A stretch of 20,000 nucleotides of DNA, from NCBI GenBank assembly GCA_049724395.1, contig JAUGWO010000112.1, positions 426,566 to 446,565 of the forward strand, in the 5' to 3' direction. Shown one piece after another: positions 12,524-20,000 of the stretch; positions within the stretch are counted from its first letter, which is position 1, and each line of letters starts with the position of its first letter. The position numbers and the translations under genes were made by a program. The notes below the pieces were generated by a model. The model did not search any database and was not told the DNA's origin. It saw only the letters and a list, made by a program, of their open reading frames with translations. Source of the stretch: Spongospora subterranea f. sp. subterranea. Its lineage: Eukaryota.

Positions 12524-13756
12524 TGTACTGAAATTTCTCAAGACGAAAGTGCCCGGTGTGAAAGTATACAGATATCCTTTCTTTCCCTACGGAAATTTTT
12601 GTTGCATTGGTTCGAATTGAACGTATGTACAGTACACCGGTCACGCACATTTTTTCACCCAATAAAAAGTTCACACAATTTTACTGAGAAGGCGGCGGCA
12701 GTTTTTTGGTGGAGAAAGCCACAGCGATCGTCGGGATCCGGTCCGGGGCACCTCGTTCGCCCCCAGTCGCTGTGCGAGAAGTTCGACCCCCACCTCCTGG
12801 AAAATTCAGCGTCGTCGCCGGAACAGTGATCGTTCAGGCACCGCATGATCGGGGCTGACCCACTGAATACAACACCGTTTTTAGCGCCGGGCAAAATCTC
12901 AGGCGGGATTCTGCAGCTGTTGTACAGGCCTCGTTGATAGACTGAGCGATGGCCAGCTTCGCGGCGGTGGACTTTGCCTTGCGCAGGTTTTTCCGATCCG
13001 CGACATCGAAAAGCTGCTCGCTTGGACGAGCGCGCTTCTCAGGCCGCTGCACCGCCGGATCTGCAGATGAGGGAGCCACAATGCTATTTGCGGAATCATT
13101 GTCGACCTGATCGTTGGTGGCATCTCCGGCGGAACGTAATTTTTGCATTATCTGCAGAAGCCTCGAATCCAGATTTTCCAAGCCCGCATTTTTCAATTGC
13201 TTGAAAATGTCATCCATTTCCCTCTGCAAGTCCTCTGTGGCTTCGGACATCAGCAGCAGCGCTTTGGAAATTTGAAGCGGCACGTTTTGAAAATGAACAG
13301 GCAGAGCTTTCTGTTGCACTAGGCTGGCAATCATGCTGCTAGCATAATCTTCCAGAGACGTGGTTTGCTGAACGTTCCTGTTTAACGCCAGAAATTGGCC
13401 GGGATTGATGACATGAATTGCATGCCATTCAGAAGCATACTTCAATAAAATGTTATCCCTGCACTGTAACTAAGCAACAAATATCAAGTTCGGTCTCACT
13501 TTCACCTTTGGATCTTGGCCAGATGCAAAAGAGCAGCAGCGTCCTGAACAATATTTCTGGGCGCTGGCCAGGGTCTTGTGCCTAGCCGATAGCATTATCT
13601 GTTCGATCTGGCCACCACCCCATATTGCCATGAGGTACCCTGTCTTCCTCAAAGTGTGTGTCCCCCAAGGCCCTCGTCTGCCGATAACTGTTCGGAACAG
13701 AGTCTTCAAGCTATGAATCAATATCTCCAGTTGTTGAGTGTCATGGGTCAGTCAAC

Positions 13757-14137
13757 ATGTCTGACCGAACAAAGCTCCGGAACCTGGTCGGCCAAATCAT
13801 CAACCTCAAAGGATTCATCTGATTTCCCTTTAATTTTGATGCCAAGAGCCAATACCTCCCCGCTGTCCCGGTTGATAGTGGTCAACCTTGGCACAAAACC
13901 TGCCATAATCCCGCCATTACGGTTAGGGAACAGATAATCTCCAGTCCCGAGCTGGGTCTCAGATGGATCCACGCCAGTAAATGTCTGACCAGAACAAAGC
14001 TCCGGAACCTGGTCGTTCCGCCAAATCATCATCAGCTTGAAGGATTCGTCTGATTTCCCGTTTAATTTTGATGCCAAGAGCCAACACCTCCCCGCTGTCC
14101 CGGTTGATAGTGGTTAACCCTGGCACAAAATCTGCCA
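13757..14137. repeat. Internal direct duplication (about 150 bp) within the recombinase gene: 13757-13905 and 13981-14137
   Basis: Both copies encode FVPxLTTINRDSGEVLALGIKIK...DQVPELCS, with scattered substitutions and indels. Confidence 0.9.
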
Positions 14138-14227
14138 GCTGAAACTCGCACCCTTCTTTGGCTCGCAGGAAAAGCTGGACATGGAACAGGACCATCACCC
14201 ATTCCTGAAATGCCGAAATGGAGTTTC

Positions 14228-14315
14228 GACTACCAAGCCCAGGGAAACTCAGAGCTGTGCGAACGTCAACTAGCTCATGTGGAAGAAGCGCTGAGTTTCC
14301 CTGGGCTTGGTAGTC
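14228..14315. repeat. Perfect 25-bp inverted repeat (14228-14252 / 14291-14315)
   Basis: gactaccaagcccagggaaactcag and its exact reverse complement ctgagtttccctgggcttggtagtc; extends to 29 bp with one mismatch. Confidence 0.95.
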
Positions 14316-14636
14316 CGGTCCGAAAATCAAATTTAGTGAGCCTTTGGTACCTGTGTTATGACAGTGTTTAGCTCTGGGATGGAGTAAATCGACACGTTGC
14401 AGGAGTTTGGGTACCTGTTCTTAACAGTGACAAGTGCGCGGGGAGATCCACAGCGCCACAGCTGTCGACGTGATGCATGAAAACGACACCCGCTCAACAC
14501 TCCCGAATCATAGAGGGTGATACAGTTGGGGCATAGCTCTTGATACGGCCCTCACTGATTCTTTGCCCCGTGCAGGTTCGAGACAGCACTCAGGAGCTGA
14601 TTACACGCGCCGGGATCGTTCCATGCCCCCGACGAC

Positions 14637-15059
14637 ACGATTGTCATGCCTGTAAAGTAATCACGAATCGGGCCAACACGAGATGCGAGTGATGGGCAAG
14701 TGAGTTGCGAGATGAATTACCGGGGTTGGATATTGTTTTTGAAGCGGATTGGTGATTTTGCATCTCTCCTCGTTTTCAGCGAGAACGCACCCTTGTTCAG
14801 GAAGGCAGTACCTTGAAATCAATTTAAGCCATTATCAATGGGCAAGTGAGTTGCGAGATGTACTACCTCAAAATCGATATAGGTTATAAGCGAATCGGCG
14901 CTCATGCTCGGACAGAATTCGGAGAGTGCGTTCTCGCTGAGAGATGCAAAATCATTAATCCGCTTCAGAAACAATATCCAACCCCGGTATTTCATCTCGG
15001 CAATTCACTTGCCCAACAATCTCACCGATTCGTGATTACTTTACAGGCACGACAATCGT
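14637..15059. repeat. Imperfect long inverted repeat, arms 14637-14790 and 14926-15059
   Basis: acgattgtcatgcctgtaaagtaatcacgaatcgg...tcagcgagaacgcac pairs with gtgcgttctcgctga...ccgattcgtgattactttacaggcacgacaatcgt. The spacer contains a 23-bp copy (14838-14860) of 14692-14714. Confidence 0.92.
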
Positions 15060-15434
15060 ATCAAACCCCGGAAAACGGATCCGTATGGCTTGGAGGAATT
15101 CGCTTAGAGTTTGAAACCCAGCAAAATTGTGTTTTCACCAGAACGCGACCCCATTAGGCCAACCCTTGTTGCCGACAGCGACAAGTCCATTCAGGACATG
15201 ACGTCTTGAACTTTGCTGGCCACAGCATCCTCCTCAGCCGGCGTTAGACCCTTCATGCGAGATTGGCGATTGTTTGAGTTGTCGTCTCCTGACGTCGTGC
15301 GGCCTTTCTGAGGCCGCGGTAGCCCGTAGCCCCCACGTCGACCTGAGATTGATCCATCCGATCGATTTTCGAACCCAGGTTCGTTTCAAACCGAACCAAG
15401 TTCGGTTTGGAAAATGCTGCAGGGGAGAGTCGAT

Positions 15435-15760
15435 TAGGATTGTCAACGGTTTCAAACTGCTCAAACCGGTTTGACAGAAAATGCCCAACTGATTGAAACC
15501 GGTTGGAGCCGGATTCCAAACCGACTCAAACCGGTTCGAAATCAACCCGGTTCGATCTGGTTTGGAACCGGTTTCAAATCGGTCCACTTGAAGTCAGAGA
15601 GACCTCAAATACGTGAATTAGTAATTTGCGCACATTCTTGCGCAGGATTTATTCAATCTGGAAACAATTCTGCGTAACCGGTTTGATTTCGGTTTTTTGG
15701 CAAAACCGCAAACTGATCGAACCAGTTTGAATCAGTTTGCACCCGGTTGTGATCAACCCG
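15435..15760. repeat. Cluster of AAACCG / AACCGGTT motifs starting at TAGGATTGTCAAC; probable subterminal region of a hAT-like DNA transposon or MITE
   Basis: Roughly a dozen (A)AACCGGTT(T)-type words, e.g. at 15463, 15496, 15528, 15566 and 15676. The array starts abruptly at a TAGG end. No partner TIR is seen in the window. Confidence 0.55.
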
Positions 15761-16085
15761 TATCAGGAGCTCACTTCTCTGATGGTTATTTGAGAGTTTT
15801 CATGCATTTGGCGATGGATTTGTCGGTAAATTCGCCGATTGCTCAACAGACTGCGGTTGCGAGTCGGTCGCAACAGTTTGGCTGGTAAACGCTGGGAAAT
15901 ATGCAGCGAACATCCTGACACGGTATTGATTGTACCGGGTTCTGTCTTTGATGGTAAAGCACGTCAGTATGTTCGAGCAGTTGCCGTGTCTCATTGACCA
16001 ACGCCAAACACACGTTCGAACGCGTTGGCCACGAAACATATCTGTTCAACATCACATACGGGTAAGTGTATGATCGCTGTAGACT

Positions 16086-16488
16086 TGTTGAGTGATTGGC
16101 CAGAGTAACCCGGTATTATAAGTTCAATGTTCCACCTCAAAAATAAACAAATTCAAAATTCGTTCAGTTTACAAAGAAACACGTATTTCAAGTGTACGGT
16201 GTACTCTTATTCTGCCGGGCCGATAACTTTCGCTGCGAAACCGTTTATTTCCAGATCTCGAATGCTAATACTCGCTGTATGTTTCCCGTGACACACTCGG
16301 TTGTATATATCGCGACAATTTCTTGAACGTAAAATCGAGTATCGCAGAACAAATACTTCGGTCGAAAAGCTAAATCTCAGGTCCGTCAAACGTGACGGTC
16401 GCGTTGAACTGCTGACGGAGTTCGGATTACCGTCTGGCGGATACAATTTGGATCCAAATTGATCCAATGATCCAAAATTGATCCAACA
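16086..16488 (-). mobile_element. Probable solo LTR (about 403 bp)
   Basis: On the minus strand it starts TGTTG and ends CAACA. It has an internal TATATA (about 16305) followed by AATAAA (about 16245), and short ttggatca tandem repeats near its 5' end. There is no PPT or PBS and no exact TSD. Confidence 0.45.
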
Positions 16489-16574
16489 TACTGTCAACCT
16501 ATCATGTGCATCACCATATTATTTCATACATACACTTTTCGGCACACAAGTTTGCGCAGCACATTGAACAATAC

Positions 16575-18712
16575 TGTACTTTCGACTTCAAAAAGAAGTT
16601 CATGATCATCGTCCAAGCACACAGGAGGTGGGTTCGGTTGTCGCCAGCCTGGGATTGTGTTCGCTACGTAGGGTTCGAGTAGCGAGGTGTGGAATACTGG
16701 GTGAATGCGGACGGTATGGGGTAACTCTAATTCGAAAGCAACGCTGTTGATGATTCTGATCACTTTGAAGGGACTTAACCGTTTATCAGCCAATTTATCG
16801 CAGGGTCGTCCGGACTTGATTGAATCACGTAACAGCCATACTGGATCTCCAATTTGGTATTTGGATCCATCACGACGTAGGCGATCGGCGTTTCTTTTCA
16901 TTGATGTAATGGCCCGTTGGAATTTTTTCTTGAGGTATATCGTGATGGAGTTTAACTGATCCAGATGGGCATTAACGCTCGAATTGGATTGATCGGTTCT
17001 GCTGATGTCGAATCGCGAATTGAACCCGTAATTGGCGAAAAAAGGCGACGTATCTGTTGAAGAATGGTGGGCATTGTTATATGCAAACCCTGCCATGGGT
17101 AGCATATTACACCAGTCATTTTGGACAACGTTGACGAAACCTCGAAGGTATTGCTCCAGAATCTGATTCACACGCTCTGTTTTGCCCATCTGTTTCCGGA
17201 TGGCGAGCCGTGGATAGTTTGCGGTTTATCCTAAGCTGTAGTAGGAGCAGCTTCCAGAAGTTAGCTATGAATTGTGGTCCTCTGTCTGATATAATCGTCG
17301 TCTGGGAGGCCGTGTAGTCGGATGACATTCGATAATATCATTTTAGCCAAATCTTGGCTGTTGCATTTTTCGTTACAATGAATGAAGTTGGACATTTTCG
17401 TGAATCGGTCGACTACTACGAGAATGGAATCATAGCCCTTGGATGTCGGCAGTTTGACAATAAAGTCCACAGAGATTGAGGACCAGGGCCCCGAAGGGAT
17501 TGGTAAAGGCTGCAGAAGACCTGCTGGTTTTTGGCGAGGTACTTTACATCTGGCGCACGTTTCGCATGTTTTGACGAACTCTGTTACTAATAACCCTTCT
17601 ACCGATTGGCGATCTGTCCCAATTCTAGTGGGTAATTGCCAAGGAAACGTACGTCCCAGTTCCCCCAACACAGCCGTGATGATAATGACTATGGAAACTG
17701 ACAATCCCACACCTTTTCACCCCCAGTATCACCAGCTGAATATCCGGAGCCATCAGAATTCATGGATTTTGCCAATGTCTTTATGAAGAAAAACGCAGAT
17801 CAGCTCCCTTCCCATCGAGCCTATGATTGCACCATTGATCTTATACCAGACAACACACCACCGTCTGGACCAATTTATTTATTATCCAAACCAGAAACGG
17901 AGAAGCTCGGCAGATATATTTCCGAGACTGTAGTAATTGGTAGAGCCGATCCACTCAGAAAATGTCTCCACTGTTCGAAAGCCGCAATGATCGCCAGTAA
18001 CTCCTTATCGTATATCTGGTAATCTAGTTCGGCGGGAGTGAGTTTTCTGGAAAAAAAGCTACAGATCGATCCCCTTCCGGGTGGGTTTGGGATATAATGG
18101 CGCCGAGTGCGAAATCCGATGCATTGGCTTCGATGATGGTGGGTGGTGATGGGTCGAAGTTGGCCAAAACCGATGCGGATGAAAATACCAGTTTGAGTGA
18201 AGAGAACGCGGTTTGAGTTCGGTTGGTCCACCTAAATTCTGCTTCCATTCGGCACAACTCGTGAAATGTTAAGGTAAAATTTTGAAAAGTTTTGAATAAA
18301 ATTCCTATAAAAATTAGCGAATCCCAGAAACGATTGAAGTTGCTTGATTGATCGTGGTGTGGGCCATGTGAGAACTGCCGACACTCTGTCCATATCCATT
18401 TCCAAGGACTCATGCGATAGTACGTATTCAAGGAAACGGATTCGTTGCTGATAAAATTCGCATTTTTCGAGCTTAGCGAATAGCCTGTGTTTTCCTAGAA
18501 GCTGTAAGACTAAGCGAACGTGTTTGGCATGATCGGCCTCCGTTTCTGAATATATGACTATATCGTCGAGGTATTCGCTGACAAATTCTCCAATGCAGTC
18601 TGCGAAAACATTGTCCATCAATCGTTGGAATACGGAAGGGGCATTTGCCAATCCAAACGGCATGACAAGGTATTCGTACAAGCCGTATTGAGTGCGGAAT
18701 GCTTTTTCTCCA
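16575..18712 (-). mobile_element. Degenerate Ty3/gypsy (chromovirus-like) pol remnant: RT, RNase H, integrase, truncated chromodomain
   Basis: RT AFRTQYGLYEYLVMPFGLANAP...YLDD. RNase H ASDFALGA and YQIYDKELLAI. Integrase CETC, DFIVKLP, VDRFTKM, SDRGPQF and HPETDG..ERVNQ. GPY/F region HPVFHTSLL, then FEVES. Multiple frameshifts. Confidence 0.95.
17588..17926 (+). mobile_element. Inverted gypsy fragment (post-protease to pre-RT linker) embedded in the pol remnant
   Basis: The plus strand reads NPSTDW...DFANVFMKKNADQLPSHRAYDCTIDLIPDNTPPSGPIYLLSKPETEKLGRYISE, the typical region just upstream of RT. It is opposite in orientation to the flanking RNase H and integrase. Confidence 0.85.
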
Positions 18713-19167
18713 TTGACCGATGAGGGGCGTCATTGTCATTCTATCTTGTCTCTTACCATCAAATGACGACAGAAGCCGATGAAGAAAGAATGGCGCAACT
18801 GGTCAATATCAGCTTTGATATGATTACACCCTTCAAAAACATGGCACCATTTTCTCGAACAGGATATCCTGCCATTATGAACCTTGTCATGCAGTGCCGG
18901 TCTTTACCAAAGTCCATTTCCGTCCTCTTTACGAACTTGTCGCGATAAAAGTGTTGTTGAATATGTCCGACCAGGGTTCGAACATCCAACATTTCTCGAT
19001 ACAAAACACCGCATTCACTGACCAATGCGAATGTATTTTTATTTCCCACAAGTTTCGTATCACTCATTCGTCATATATCTACAGCCTCCAATCGACAAAC
19101 TGCTTGACACGCCTATCGATGACAATCTGATTGACCATAAGACATTTGGAGAGATGCCTGATAATGG

Positions 19168-19492
19168 TGATGGACACAGTGATCAACGGCCAACCAGAGT
19201 TATTATATTGTCCTGAACGTGATCACTTAAACTCTCGAACCTGAGTTCAACGACTGATGTCGGAACTAATGAAGAATGAAGACTCACATCTGAACCCGAA
19301 AACAGTATAATTGCAGGCAATATGACCAGTCTGGTGGTGCCGTTCGTCGTATATAGTAATACAACTAGCGACATTAATAAAAAAGAAAAACTTGATAAGA
19401 CTCGATTAACTAAAATAAAAATTACTCCAGGAATTCGACGTTCGTGGTCACCCTGTAGAGTCATCTTCGTCACGGCAACTGGTGTTCCATCA
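19168..19492 (-). mobile_element. 3' LTR (325 bp) of a second gypsy element
   Basis: Minus strand begins TGATGGA and ends TCCATCA (7-bp terminal inverted repeat). It is immediately preceded by the purine tract GGGGAGATAGG (19494-19504) and the end of pol. Confidence 0.8.
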
Positions 19493-19516
19493 ACCTATCT
19501 CCCCAAGACGATAGTA

Positions 19517-20000
19517 TTAAAAACCGCCGTTTAGGAATTGCCGCCAACGCAGCATCGTTGAGCATAGAGGTTGGTTCCCATGTGTTATACGATTCATCAT
19601 ATCCTTTCCACTTAATGAAATCTTCTCGTTCTCCACGCCGTGTCCTCTGTTTCACGATCTACTCGACTTCATATTCGCGATCGGCACCCGCGTCAACTCG
19701 TTTTTCAGCATCGTGGGCAACTGTTGTAGAATCGGAAGAGCCCTGTTGAAATATCCCAACATGTCGCATCCGTCGAACATGTTGTACAACCTCCTGGCCA
19801 TTCATGGTGTACTCGAACTCGATACAGAATATCACTCAAACTTCAGAATCACGCCACGGTCCAGTTCAATGACGATGAAGCTTCTTTTTGACTTCTTTGG
19901 GAACAGCTGGTGAATGACGGTAGACCAAATTTCCAACTTTGTAATCAACCAACTTCCTTCCGCGATTAAATTGGTTATTACACCTTCTGACCACCATCTC
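19517..20000 (-). mobile_element. Degenerate integrase C-terminus (GPY/F) plus chromodomain of a second Ty3/gypsy element; continues beyond the window
   Basis: FNRGRKLVDYKVGNLVYRH...KKLHRH*TGPWR...ILYRV...HVRRMR, then EYEVE*IVKQRTRRGEREDFIKWKGYDESYNTWEP. In-frame stops are present. Confidence 0.88.

Larger units (their letters stand above)
12655..15357 (-). mobile_element. Crypton-like tyrosine-recombinase gene, intron-containing and disrupted (stops, frameshifts, rearrangements)
   Basis: YR catalytic set in order: LFLRAKE (R about 14164), KGKSD (K), GTHTLRKTG (HxxR about 13646-13657), ARHKT (H) and AQKY (Y about 13552). Introns at 14351-14414 and 13459-13505. N-terminal fragments YGSVFRGL, FCPSMSADSLITYIDF and GAWNDP...CPNC...GCRFH. 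C-terminal PIMRCLNDHCSGDDAEFSRRWG. No RT or transposase belongs to this unit. The putative start at 15357 is tentative. Confidence 0.8.

Noticed and set aside
12580..12600. Possible terminal inverted repeat pairing with 15411-15430 to bound the YR element
   Set aside because: Only about 12 of 17 positions match with a gap, which is too weak without other copies.
15234..15677. Several overlapping ORFs (e.g. 15234-15587 minus, 15471-15677 plus)
   Set aside because: They are by-products of the AACCGGTT repeat array and give low-information translations.
15435..15760. CRISPR-like or telomeric array
   Set aside because: The repeats are only 6-10 bp, irregularly spaced and palindromic, in a eukaryotic context with no cas genes; they are not a tandem telomeric unit.
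15780..16050. Minus-strand NAFERVFG resembling a DDE transposase motif
   Set aside because: A single short motif amid stops, with no other supporting residues.
12655..18712. A single DIRS-like retroelement combining the YR with the nearby RT/RNase H
   Set aside because: The RT belongs to a gypsy pol with its own DDE integrase and is separated from the YR by unrelated repeats; the YR gene has introns, as in Cryptons.

Overview
Eukaryotic DNA from a compact genome with short (about 43-64 nt) GT-AG introns; a protist or early-diverging fungus is inferred from gene structure only. The left 12.5 kb is gene-dense. It holds two decayed tandem copies of a TPR (+ possible DUF4470) gene and an intact class-3 lipase-fold gene whose three catalytic residues all appear substituted. 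It also holds a Cdc14 phosphatase, a small secreted Kazal-domain protein, a 13-exon RAD5/HLTF-type SNF2-RING helicase and a bacterial-looking MFS transporter with three introns. The right 7.5 kb is a nest of mobile elements. It begins with an intron-containing, Crypton-like tyrosine-recombinase gene carrying a CxxC...CxxH motif, scarred by fold-back inversions and a duplication. Next come an AAACCGGTTT array with a hAT-like end, a probable solo LTR, a rearranged Ty3/gypsy pol remnant and the 3' end (GPY/F, chromodomain, PPT, LTR) of a second gypsy element. All splice models and translations were worked out by eye; no database searches were run.
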